From positions 128,001-192,000 of the forward strand of contig OZ223475.1 of assembly GCA_965140785.1 (NCBI GenBank): 64,000 nt of DNA, read 5' to 3'. Position numbers and translations under genes: made by a program. Positions within the stretch are counted from its first letter, which is position 1; every line of letters begins with the position of its first letter. Origin of the DNA: an uncultured Ruficoccus sp. Lineage in GTDB: Bacteria; Verrucomicrobiota; Verrucomicrobiia; Opitutales; Cerasicoccaceae. Shown piece after piece: positions 32,083-42,059 of the stretch. The notes beneath the pieces were generated by a model. The model saw only the letters and a program-made list of their open reading frames with translations, was not told the DNA's origin and did not search any database.

Positions 32083-32097
32083 TATTGACTCGATTAA
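32083..32097 (+). promoter_or_regulatory. Candidate LacI operator TATTGACTCGATTAA
   Basis: Same motif as 24902; upstream of lacI (autoregulation). Confidence 0.65.
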
Positions 32098-32319
32098 GGT
32101 TAAAACGGTATTTTTGCCCCTGATATTGTGTATATTTCCTTATTGTTCAAGGCTGGCATGCCATTTCAGGATCACTATCAGGAGTGATCGTAGGGAAAGC
32201 AACTTCAGTGCTAAATCTTGGCTTGGATCACTCGCTTTAGCTTTTGTGGCTCCTTGGTAACGCAGATTTTTACTGCATAAGCGATTCGTGTTATCGAATT
32301 TTAAAAAAAATCTTGATTT

Positions 32320-32335
32320 TATTTACTCGATTCAA
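32320..32335 (+). promoter_or_regulatory. Candidate LacI operator TATTTACTCGATTCAA
   Basis: Motif variant upstream of the PEP-CTERM gene. Confidence 0.6.
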
Positions 32336-32376
32336 TTGAGTTGTTGCATCTCGAACCCCATACAAAGGAAAACAAG

Positions 32377-33408
32377 ATGAATACGTCATTGAAATGTGCA
32401 GTGCTAGTGGCGATTGGCTTCAGCACAGCAAGTGTATCTAATGCAGACTTCCGGGACTTTAAGATGACTGGAGTGGGTACTGACAGCCAGTGGAGTACGC
32501 TGGCGAATTGGGAGGAGAGTGCGTTCCCGACCTCGGCAGATTCAGCTCGTATTGAAAAGGACTGTTACGTCGCCAATGGCGTGACGGGTGAGGCACTGAA
32601 GCTGTCGGTGGCTGGCTTCAGTAGTGATGTCTCGATGTTTGTTGAGGCTGGTGGTATATTGACTGCTGGTACAGGTGGTGTAGAGATCGCCTACTCGCGA
32701 AAGAATGGTGTGCTGGATGTGTCGGGAACCCTTAATAGTACCGGGGATATCAAAATGGGGCTTAGCACGACGTATAGTGCCAACGGTACGCTGATTGTTC
32801 GGAACGGAGGCGTTGTTACCGGGGCAAACCTTATCGCAGGGGCCAGCACAACGGGTGGTTCGTTTATCGTCGATCAGCTGGGGGGCAATATTACCCTGAC
32901 GGGAGCAGTGACGCTGGCTGACGTTGAAGGCTCGACGGCGAGCGCAAGCTATACAATCAGTGGAGGTGTTCTCAGTGCAACCCGCCTGAATATGGGAGGG
33001 ACGGGGACCACGGAGGCAACTTTCACCGTGAGTGGCTCCAGTGCTCAGGTTAATTTCAGCTCGACCTCATGGATCAGTGGGGATTCAACCATTGCTTTCA
33101 TTCTTGACGCGGCAGGTGTGAGTGCGGTGACGATGGATGGCGGATATACGCTTGCCTCGACTGCCACGCTAATTGTCGATGCGTCGCTCTATGAGGGGAA
33201 TATTGGCAGTGGGGTGTTGCTGATCGATGTCAATGAGGGTGATGAACTAGCTACTTTCGAAAATCTCAATATCACGGCCGGCTACTCGTTGGACTACCGC
33301 GCCGGGGACGGTCTGTATCTTGTCCCAGAGCCAGCGGAGACTGTCACGTATATGATGGGGGTAACTCTTCTTGGCCTGCTGTTTTATCGTTCACGGCGTC
33401 AGCGATAG
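32377..33408 (+). CDS. PEP-CTERM surface protein (Gly/Thr-rich, beta-helix/adhesin-like)
   Basis: Signal peptide; WSTLANW; C-terminal VPEPAE + transmembrane helix + RSRRQR. Confidence 0.92.
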   Translation: MNTSLKCAVLVAIGFSTASVSNADFRDFKMTGVGTDSQWSTLANWEESAFPTSADSARIEKDCYVANGVTGEALKLSVAGFSSDVSMFVEAGGILTAGTGGVEIAYSRKNGVLDVSGTLNSTGDIKMGLSTTYSANGTLIVRNGGVVTGANLIAGASTTGGSFIVDQLGGNITLTGAVTLADVEGSTASASYTISGGVLSATRLNMGGTGTTEATFTVSGSSAQVNFSSTSWISGDSTIAFILDAAGVSAVTMDGGYTLASTATLIVDASLYEGNIGSGVLLIDVNEGDELATFENLNITAGYSLDYRAGDGLYLVPEPAETVTYMMGVTLLGLLFYRSRRQR

Positions 33409-33467
33409 CTTCGGCTGTTGACTGGATCGATGGTGTTTTTGTCCTGATATTCCACGGAGGATTTGTG

Positions 33468-33497
33468 GCCGCTCCCCTTTGTCCAGGGGAGGGCGGC
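33468..33497 (+). terminator. GC-rich hairpin, possible terminator
   Basis: GCCGCTCCCCT...AGGGGAGGGCGGC downstream of the PEP-CTERM gene; no clear U-tract. Confidence 0.35.
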
Positions 33498-33624
33498 ATT
33501 GAGGCATGTTATCGCAATATCACTCTCCGAGTGTTCCACTTGCTTATTATGTGCCCCGCCGTCGGTTGGAAGCGCGTAAGGCGCTACGCTTTTTCTGTAT
33601 GAATGTTGACTTTGTTTTGAGTTT

Positions 33625-33639
33625 TATTTACTCGATTAA
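33625..33639 (+). promoter_or_regulatory. Candidate LacI operator TATTTACTCGATTAA
   Basis: Motif just upstream of the GH3 start and downstream of TTGACT. Confidence 0.65.
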
Positions 33640-33653
33640 CTGATTTTAGATTG

Positions 33654-36600
33654 ATGAAAAAATATTTCGTTACCGCCCTCTGCTTGTTTGCCTGGTTTGG
33701 GTGCCCCGTGTATCTGTTGGCCGGAACGCTTTATACTAGTGATTTTCGGGACGGCACCTTAAGGTCACCTTTGCGCGTATACGCGACGCGAGGCATTGAC
33801 GTGAAGGTTGAGGAGTCTCGCCTGCGTATTGACTGCGGTAATGGAAATAACTTCGCAAAAGGATTTGTCTATCTTGACGGCGAAGCAGGCGACTCCTGGG
33901 GGGCGTCAGATGACTTGAATTTCTTTAAGCACCCCTTGGTTTTAGATATTCGGGGGATTGCGTTTTCCCGTACGCCGGCGGAGCACGAGGCTTACGACTA
34001 CTACGCCTTGCTAGGGGTTCCTTTTGAGGGAAAGAGTAAAAACCTGACCCCGCGTGATGCGTTTACGGGAGCATATGTGCGTCTGAGTCTTAACGAGGCG
34101 GGGGAGTATTCACTGATTGTTGGCGAGCGTGTGATCGGAGGCCTGGCCGTGGGAGATATTCAGCGCCTGACGGGGCGGCCCGATGGTCTGACACTGGTTC
34201 TGGATCGTGATCGTTGGTTGGTGACGCTGAGTGGCTCCCGGTTTATTGATAATGGCATGCCGTCCCTGCAGGGTTGTTTTGAGCAATTGAACTCAAAGAT
34301 ACTGGCGGGGGAAGGCGTTTCATTTGCTACCGGTCTGATCAATTATTGTGATATGAAGGAACCGTACGCGGTGTCATTGAGCGGATTTGAAATCAGCACC
34401 GATATTCCTTCTGGACTCGCCGCCTGTCTAAAGGCGCCCTCCGGAAAAAAAACACGGGAGGTTCAGGCCACTGCCAGTGCATCGGTGAGGGCTTCGAGGC
34501 CGATTGACGCGATCGACGGCGAAGCCACGATGTGGAAGGCACCCTCCGGCGAGCAGTGGTACCAGCTTGATCTGGGCGAGATGGTGCCCATTGACACTAT
34601 CCATGTGGAGTGGACGGTAAACTGCGCGCGTCAGTACGTGGTAGAGGTTTCTGATGATGGTGAGGACTTTCGCGTGGTGGCGCAGGAGGATGATTTGGAG
34701 GTTGATGCGAACCGGAAATGGTTACGTAAGCCCGGCGAGCAAATGTATGCGCTTGAGAAGCCGATTCCAGCTCGGTATGTGCGGCTCCGATTGAGGGAGG
34801 CATCGCATCCGGAGATTGGTTACGAGCTGACGGAAGTACTCATCAACGGTAGCGTCCCCATATGCTTTGCACCGGTTGAAAATACGGGAATGCTTCGCGA
34901 TGAAAGTATCCCGCTGGATGAGCGTGTGGACGCGCTGTTGTCGATGATGACCTATCGCGAGAAGCTCCATCTGGCTGGCGGGTACGACAAGTTCAATATC
35001 GACGGGCTGCCGCGTTTCGGACTGAGCATGGTCCAGATGAGCGATACGACCTCGGGGGTGAAACTGCGGGAGAAATGTCGGGTCCTGGATGAGTCCACGA
35101 GCTTCCCCACGGCGATAGCGTTGGGGGCGACCTGGCATCCGGAGTTGGCGTACGAGATGGGGGAGGCGATTGCTCAGGAGTGCCGCGCGAATGGATCACG
35201 TATCCTACTGGCCCCCGGCATTAACATCTATCGCTCATCGACCTGCGGACGTAACTTCGAATACTTTGGCGAAGACCCGCTCCTGACTGCAGACATGGCC
35301 GTGGCCTACATTCAAGGGGTTCAGTCTCAGGAGGTCATCGCCACGGTGAAGCACTTCATCGCCAACAATAATGAGTTCCTGCGGCACCAGAGCAATGCGG
35401 TGATTGATGATCGTGCCTTGCACGAGATTTACCTGCCGGCCTTTAAGGCGGCGATCCAGCAAGGGCAAACGCGTGCGCTGATGTCTTCCTATAACTGGTT
35501 CAATGGGGAAAAGTGCGGTGAAAGCGAAACTCTGTTGACGGATATTTTGCGTGATGAACTCGGCTATGAGTGGATGGTGATGAGTGACTGGGGAGGGACG
35601 AAGGATTTAAGTAAGGTTCCTGGCTCCGGACAAAACATCGTGATGCCGGAGAAGAAGCTTTTGCACTCGATCATGATGAAGCGCTACGCGCAGAACCCGC
35701 AAGCGGCAGACGCTGAATTAACAGCGATGGTACGCCCCACGGTGAAGACGCTGCTGGATACAAAGGCCTGGTTTGCGACGAATGAGGGAGAGCCTGAGTT
35801 TCTTGAAATATTTCCGGTGCATAAAACCGTTGCACGTCGCGTCGCGACGGAGGCTGTCACCCTGCTGAAGAACGATCACATTCTCCCGCTCAAGAAGACG
35901 GACGAACTTCTGGTCATGGGAGAGGAGGCAGCTGTGAAGGACGCCCAGTCCGGAAGCGGCTCCGGCGAGGTCAAGGGCTACGACCATGTCAGCTATCTGG
36001 ATGGGCTGATGAAAACATTCAGCCATGTGACCTATAAAAGTGATGCTTCGGATCAGGAGATCAAAAGGGCAGGAACTATCATATATTTTCTGGATACAGG
36101 TGGAGGAGAGTCGGAGGACCGTCCATTTGAGTTGGATGCGGCGCTGGTGACGGATATTCGCCGGGTCGCTGCGCTGAATGCACGGGTTGTCGTGGTGGCT
36201 TCCTCGGGGTCGGCATTCAGTACTGATTGGGTTGACGATGTCGAGGCGCTGGTCCTGGCATACTATCTTGGGCAGGAGCGTGGGTCGGCACTGGCTGCCA
36301 TCCTTTCCGGTGACGCCAACCCATCGGGGAAGCTGCCTTTCTCCTTTGAGGTCCGTTTCGAAGATTCTCCGGCCTATGGTAGTAATGTTATCGACGGAGT
36401 CGAGGTCTGGCAGGGCAATGACAAACGCTTTAAGGATGACACCTACGACGTTAAGTATACCGAGGGAGTTTTTGTCGGCTACCGCTGGTATGAGGGGCGA
36501 GACAAGGAAGTTCGATTCCCGTTTGGTTATGGATTGTCATACACAAGCTTCCGTATCACCGGAGCGGAGGTGTCGCGCCAGGATGTTCTCGGTGACGGGC

Positions 36601-36923
36601 CGCTTGAGATCCGTGTGTCAGTCAAGAATACGGGGCCAGTTGCAGGTGCTGAAGTTGTGCAATGCTATGTGAACGATGTGGTAAGCAACGTGCCGCGCCC
36701 CTACCGTGAGTTGAAGTCCTTTAAAAAGCTGTTCCTCAATCCCGGGGAGGAGAAGACGGTGGTTTTGTCGCTGGAGCCGGAAGACTTTGCCTATTGGGAT
36801 ACGGATCAACGCCGCTGGGTGATTGAGCCCGGAGCCTTCAACCTGCTCATCGGTAATTCGAGTCGGGATGTTCAGCAGACGATTTCGGTGAAACTCGATA
36901 GAGACGAGCCCGTCGCGCTGTGA
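33654..36923 (+). CDS. Secreted GH3 beta-glucosidase-like enzyme with F5/8 (discoidin) domain and unknown N-terminal domain
   Basis: GRNFEYFGEDP, ATVKHF, VMSDWG, PSGKLPFSF and FPFGYGLSYT; QWYQLDLG (discoidin). Confidence 0.93.
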   Translation: MKKYFVTALCLFAWFGCPVYLLAGTLYTSDFRDGTLRSPLRVYATRGIDVKVEESRLRIDCGNGNNFAKGFVYLDGEAGDSWGASDDLNFFKHPLVLDIRGIAFSRTPAEHEAYDYYALLGVPFEGKSKNLTPRDAFTGAYVRLSLNEAGEYSLIVGERVIGGLAVGDIQRLTGRPDGLTLVLDRDRWLVTLSGSRFIDNGMPSLQGCFEQLNSKILAGEGVSFATGLINYCDMKEPYAVSLSGFEISTDIPSGLAACLKAPSGKKTREVQATASASVRASRPIDAIDGEATMWKAPSGEQWYQLDLGEMVPIDTIHVEWTVNCARQYVVEVSDDGEDFRVVAQEDDLEVDANRKWLRKPGEQMYALEKPIPARYVRLRLREASHPEIGYELTEVLINGSVPICFAPVENTGMLRDESIPLDERVDALLSMMTYREKLHLAGGYDKFNIDGLPRFGLSMVQMSDTTSGVKLREKCRVLDESTSFPTAIALGATWHPELAYEMGEAIAQECRANGSRILLAPGINIYRSSTCGRNFEYFGEDPLLTADMAVAYIQGVQSQEVIATVKHFIANNNEFLRHQSNAVIDDRALHEIYLPAFKAAIQQGQTRALMSSYNWFNGEKCGESETLLTDILRDELGYEWMVMSDWGGTKDLSKVPGSGQNIVMPEKKLLHSIMMKRYAQNPQAADAELTAMVRPTVKTLLDTKAWFATNEGEPEFLEIFPVHKTVARRVATEAVTLLKNDHILPLKKTDELLVMGEEAAVKDAQSGSGSGEVKGYDHVSYLDGLMKTFSHVTYKSDASDQEIKRAGTIIYFLDTGGGESEDRPFELDAALVTDIRRVAALNARVVVVASSGSAFSTDWVDDVEALVLAYYLGQERGSALAAILSGDANPSGKLPFSFEVRFEDSPAYGSNVIDGVEVWQGNDKRFKDDTYDVKYTEGVFVGYRWYEGRDKEVRFPFGYGLSYTSFRITGAEVSRQDVLGDGPLEIRVSVKNTGPVAGAEVVQCYVNDVVSNVPRPYRELKSFKKLFLNPGEEKTVVLSLEPEDFAYWDTDQRRWVIEPGAFNLLIGNSSRDVQQTISVKLDRDEPVAL

Positions 36924-36961
36924 CCTGACCGGTTCTCTCTCGGAATGCTGAAACTTACCCT

Positions 36962-38941
36962 ATGAACATACTGGAAATAATCCTTTTTATTGCAGCCGTT
37001 GTAGGCGTGATTTCGCTCGGCATATGGAAAAGCCGGGGTGAGCGGCTGGAGGGGGAACAGGGGGCGACGGATTACTTTCTTGCCGGGCGTGGGCTGACGT
37101 GGTGGCTGGTCGGGTTCTCGCTCATCGCGGCGAACATCTCCACGGAGCAGTTTGTGGGGATGTCAGGCTCGTCGGCTAATTGGCTGGGGATGGCCATTGC
37201 CTCTTATGAATGGATGGCTGCGATAACGCTGGTGGTGGTCGGGTTTTGGTTCCTGCCGCGTTTTCTGCGCGCGGGCTTGTATACCATTCCAGAGTTCCTG
37301 GAGTATCGTTTTAATGGAGTGGCGCGGTTGGCGATGGCCATACCCGCCGTGCTGACATTGGTTTTTGTCGCAACATCATCGGTGATCTTTTCGGGGGGCA
37401 AGTTTGTGTCCGAGTATTACAACACCGTCCCCGTGCTGAGCAACCTGACCGCCACCTGCTGGATCATTGCCATCTTTGCGGCCGTGTATGTGTTTGTCGG
37501 TGGCCTGAAGGCATGTGCCTGGACGGATTTGGTTTGGGGCTCTGCGTTGATTGTCGGAGGCATCATCGTGATGGTCCTTGCCTTTGGTAGGCTTTCCGAG
37601 CGTCCCGCTGAGGATTTGATACAGACCAAGGTCGCGAATTCCACTGCGACAGTTTCCGGGTTGGAAAATGCCGGAGCCTGGGAGCGCTTCATGCTGCTCA
37701 ATGACGGCATCGAGGGTGAGGCTGAGGCCGTAAACGGCACTAACGGCAGCGGTGGCAAGGTCCATATGGTGCGACCCAAGGAAGATAGCGATCTTCCGTG
37801 GACGGCGTTGCTGATCGGCTTGTGGATTCCTAATTTCTTCTATTGGGGGCTGAACCAATACATTGTGCAGCGCACCCTTGGGTCGAAGTCGCTGGCGGAA
37901 GGGCAGAAGGGGATCGTTTTCGCTGCCGGCCTGAAGCTGCTTATCCCGTTTCTTGTGGTGATACCCGGGATACTGGCTTTTAACCTTTTCAGGCAAGACC
38001 TGCACGCCTGCGCCGACTCACAGAACTCAGCGATTATGCAGCAATTGCGGGCGGATCAAGTCGTCCGGGTTGACGAGGAATTTGTGCGTTTGAAGCCGGC
38101 AACGGCGCTCGAGCTCTATGCCCATAACGCTGCTGCGTCTGGTGAGATGGGCCCGTCGAGCACGTTTGATCAGGATACCCCTCCGGTTGAAATGGCTGCC
38201 GCTATAAATGCCCTGGCCAACGTCTCCAAGGGGGATGGTGCGGCCGTGGCCGGAACGTTGAAGGGGTATGACTACGATGCCGCGTTTCCAGTCCTGGTGC
38301 GCAACCTGGTCAAGCCGATGCCGCTGGTATCGTGGTTTATTCTGGCGGCGCTCGCTGGGGCGGTGATCAGTTCGTTGGCTTCGATGCTCAACTCCGCCTC
38401 AACGATTGCTACCATGGATCTCTATGCCAGGTTTACCGGAGAAAAAGACTCGGCCAGGCTGGTCAAAGTCGGCCGGGCGTTTGTGGTGATTTTTGTCATC
38501 CTGGCAGCCTTAGTCGCACCCAGTCTCGATAGCTTCACGAGCATATACGCGTATATCCAGGAGTTTCAGGGTTTTATTTCTCCCGGTATCCTCGCGGTCT
38601 TTATTCTGGGTTTCTTCTCGCCTCAAACCCCGCGTTACTTTGGGGCTCTAGGTATAGGAATAAATGTCATCTGCTATGCTGCCATGAAGTGGCTGGTGGG
38701 GCCGTGGTTTGTCACCCGTGGTTGGTGGTACTCCGACCAGATCGCCTTCCTTGATCGCATGGCCGTATGCTTTTTTGTCGTCCTGTTGTCCGGCGTGCTT
38801 GTCACTATAATCAACCCCATGAAGCAAGTGGTGCAGATGCCCGTCAATGACCAGATTGAGCTGAAAAATTCACCGGTCGCCAAACTGTTCGGGGGTGTCG
38901 TTGTTGTTGCCACCATCATGCTCTACGTGATCTTTTGGTAA
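36962..38941 (+). CDS. Sodium:solute (sugar) symporter SSS
   Basis: DYFLAGRGLTWW, AANISTEQFVGMSG, FYWGLNQYIVQRTL and SSLASMLNSASTI. Confidence 0.94.
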   Translation: MNILEIILFIAAVVGVISLGIWKSRGERLEGEQGATDYFLAGRGLTWWLVGFSLIAANISTEQFVGMSGSSANWLGMAIASYEWMAAITLVVVGFWFLPRFLRAGLYTIPEFLEYRFNGVARLAMAIPAVLTLVFVATSSVIFSGGKFVSEYYNTVPVLSNLTATCWIIAIFAAVYVFVGGLKACAWTDLVWGSALIVGGIIVMVLAFGRLSERPAEDLIQTKVANSTATVSGLENAGAWERFMLLNDGIEGEAEAVNGTNGSGGKVHMVRPKEDSDLPWTALLIGLWIPNFFYWGLNQYIVQRTLGSKSLAEGQKGIVFAAGLKLLIPFLVVIPGILAFNLFRQDLHACADSQNSAIMQQLRADQVVRVDEEFVRLKPATALELYAHNAAASGEMGPSSTFDQDTPPVEMAAAINALANVSKGDGAAVAGTLKGYDYDAAFPVLVRNLVKPMPLVSWFILAALAGAVISSLASMLNSASTIATMDLYARFTGEKDSARLVKVGRAFVVIFVILAALVAPSLDSFTSIYAYIQEFQGFISPGILAVFILGFFSPQTPRYFGALGIGINVICYAAMKWLVGPWFVTRGWWYSDQIAFLDRMAVCFFVVLLSGVLVTIINPMKQVVQMPVNDQIELKNSPVAKLFGGVVVVATIMLYVIFW

Positions 38942-39104
38942 GGCAGCTTATCGCGTTGCTTCCGTATGGCCTGTGAGAACTGTAGCTTGCTATGCAAAGC
39001 TCGTCGGCCATTAGATGCAATGCTCGGCAGCGGTCGTAAGGGGCACATGGCTGGACGGAGAATCCGCCAGAGCGTGACGGACTCTTGTATAGGCCGTAGC
39101 TAAA

Positions 39105-39139
39105 AAGAAACGCCCCGCCTTAAGGGCGAGGCGTTTCTT
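39105..39139. terminator. Rho-independent (bidirectional-type) terminator
   Basis: AAGAAACGCCCCGCC-TTAAG-GGCGAGGCGTTTCTT after the SSS gene. Confidence 0.75.
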
Positions 39140-39326
39140 GATGCACGGCCTCCGGGCGTCCCTTGTCTCCTTCAGTTCACCCCGGCCTGTACGTCGAGGA
39201 GGCGGTGGAGCTTTTCGGTGGCGAGGGGAGGAGGTTGAGGTTACCTTTGAGGGCTTCGGTGAAGGCGCTCTGGAGGGACCAGAGGGTGCGTTCACGGAAG
39301 CAGGGGTGGACGGGGTGGCGCCACTT

Positions 39327-40525
39327 GAGTATCAGATTTTCTGGTTTTCTTGTACCTTGGGAGCAACTTGCAGCTTTTCGAGAAAGCTGGCTTGAGCCCG
39401 CAAGCTTGAGTTTTGCTGAGCATGTTGGCGGGGTGGGGGAAGCTGCGAAGCGCTGTCCTATGAACCGTCATCAGCAGCAAGTCATTGAATACTTGGTCGA
39501 GGTACCGAACTGAGGCATAGCCTCGGTGACAAAGCGCAGCGCCCAAATCGTATTCTTCGTGAGCAACTCGACATCCACGCCACGGGCAAACGCATTCGCT
39601 TCAACGCGAACCAGCGCAGGCGTTTGGCCGAGAAGGTCGCTGCTTGGGGCGTAAGATATTGATGAAAATCGCGACGCTCGTGACGCCGGAGACGATCTAC
39701 CGCTGGCATCGTCAATTCGTCGCGATGGCCTATGCTCCTAAGGGTCATGATCATTCCGTTGTCCATGCTCGGCGGGCCGAGCGCAATGCGCTCATCATCA
39801 AGCTGGCGGTTGAGAATTCGGGCTTTGTATACACGCGTACCCAATATTTGATACATAATTTCGGCTATCCCAAGCTGAGCACTTCGACCATCGGAGAGGT
39901 TCTGCGCGAGGCGGGTATTCGCCCGTCGCCGGAGCGCAGCACTCGTCTGGACGGGAAGACGTTTATCCGTGTTCACGCCGATCAGCTTGCAGCCTCGGAC
40001 TTCTTCATGGTGCCGGTGTGGACCTTGTGCGGCCTGGCCATGTGCCGGGTGCATTTCGTGATCGACCTGATGACACGCAAAGTAGAGATCACGCACATCG
40101 GTTGCCAATACTCCGGAGAGTTGATGCTTCAAATTGCCCGGAACCTGACGGATGCGTTCGAAGGATTCCTGACCGGCAAGAAATACCTGCTGCATGATCG
40201 GGATACTCTCTTTACAAATGCGTTCCGTGAGTTGTTGCGCAGTAGTGGCACTATCCCTTTCAGGCTGCCTGTGTGCATGCCGATGATGAACGGCGGGCGG
40301 CGAGCCAGCCCGTCCGGCTAAGCCGCGTGCTTCATCAAATCGATCAAGCTTGTACCGAGCCTGGGAAGCGGCGACAAAGCGAAGCGCCCATGCCTGAACA
40401 AGATGGTTTTTTTCAGTGAAGGTGCTCTGCGAAAGGCCATCCGTGGATATGCTCTGCATTACCATCATAAGTGGCCGCATCAGGGCCGTGACAACCAGAT
40501 CATCGAGCCGGACGTGGAAACCTTT
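39327..40525 (+). pseudogene. Degenerate rve/IS481-like transposase with four short hairpin inserts
   Basis: Colinear with 3292-4365; frameshifts and stops; inserts at 39437, 39502, 40295 and 40352; cut by IS3 at 40526. Confidence 0.88.
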
Positions 40526-41836
40526 CGACGTGCTCCCCCCCAAACAGTCCGTTATTGAATGAGAGTTCTGTGTCCTTAAACCGAACAGAACCATGTCTAA
40601 AGGAAAACATCACAGCGAAGCAGAGATCATCCGCATATTAAAGGAGGCCGCAACGGGGATGCCGGTGGCCGATCTTCTTCGTGAGCACAACATCTCACAA
40701 GGAACGTACTACCGATGGAAGAGTGCTTACAGCGGGATGCAGGTAAACGAACTGAAGCGCCTCAAAGAGCTTGAGAAGGAGAACGAGCGTTTGAAGCGTC
40801 TGGTGGCCGATCAGGCGCTGGACATTGTCATGCTCAAGGACATCAACTCAAAAACTGGTGAAGCCTGCAGCCAGACGGGTCGCGGCAGATTATCTGCAAA
40901 GCGATTATGACGTCGGCGTAACCCGTGCCTGCGGGCTGATCGGAATCTCACGTAGCAGCTACCGCTACCAATCCTGCCGTGGCGATGATGCCCCGCTGCG
41001 CACAGCGATCCGCCAAAAGGCCCAGGAGCGTAAGCGCTGGGGCTACCGACGGTTGCAGGTGTTGCTGCAACGCGACGGATACATGGATAATCACAAACGT
41101 ATTTACCGGATCTATCGTGAGGAGGGACTGCAAGTGAGGAAGCGCCGCCGTAAACGTGCTCGCTCCAAACGCAGCTTTGAGCTGTTGCCCAGCAGTGGAG
41201 CCAACCAACGCTGGAGCATGGACTTTATGCACGACAGTACGGCCTCGGGTCGCAAGCTGCGCATCCTTAACGTGGTCGACGACTACACGCGGGAGGCTCT
41301 CTGGATGGAGGTTACCTCCTCGATTAGTGGCCAATACGTCACCCGTGTGCTGGACCGTATCATAGAACTACGCGGCAAACCCGAATGCCTGCTCACAGAC
41401 AACGGCCCCGAGTTTGCCGGGGCAGCTCTGGATGCCTGGACTTACGAGCGAAAGATCAAGCACCAGTTCATCCAGCCCGGTAAGCCCAACCAAAACGCCT
41501 ATGTCGAAAGCTTCAACGGTAAGGTCCGCGACGTACCGAGCCTGTGCCATCGGCACGGCGACACTCAAGCGAAGCGAAGACATGCCTCAACGGACACTGG
41601 TGGCGCAATATCGACCATGCCCGTCACTGTATCGAGCGCTGGAGGGAAGACTACAATCAGGTCCGACCGCACAGCTCATTGAAAAACCAAACCCCGCAAG
41701 CCTTCGCACAAAAAACGCGAGCCCCCCCCCTAGGGGGGCTACAGACCAGTAACAGGCTTGCAACTACAAACCCAAATACACAACCTAACTACCCAGCACT
41801 CTCATTTTGATCGGGACTAAAAAGGGGGGCACGTCG
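40526..41836 (+). mobile_element. Second IS3-family element (different type), degenerate
   Basis: Inverted repeats CGACGTGCTCCCCCC / GGGGGGCACGTCG. OrfA starts at 40593 (MSKGKHHSEAEIIRIL); OrfB has WSMDF, TDNGPEF and QNAYVESFNG. The slippery run appears one A short, and a 50-nt insert at 41533 frameshifts OrfB. Confidence 0.88.
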
Positions 41837-41837
41837 G

Positions 41838-42053
41838 AACAACATCCGAACTCACCGTTGCCTCGGACTGCTCACGCCGCTCGAGTTTGCGGCCAAAGAA
41901 ACCGCACCCGAGCCCTTCGAAACCAACCTCCAAGGCATGGGCTACGCCCTCCTTCCGCCCAAGCTTTGACTCCCTCTACAACCGAACCCTTAATCACATC
42001 ATTAACCCGCTCAGACTAACTCTCAATGCGGTACCGTTTGCGTAGGCAGGTCA
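41838..42053 (+). mobile_element. 3'-terminal remnant of the IS3 type at 8605-9919
   Basis: Matches 9694-9919, including the right end CGTAGGCAGGTCA. Confidence 0.85.
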
Positions 42054-42059
42054 CATTTT

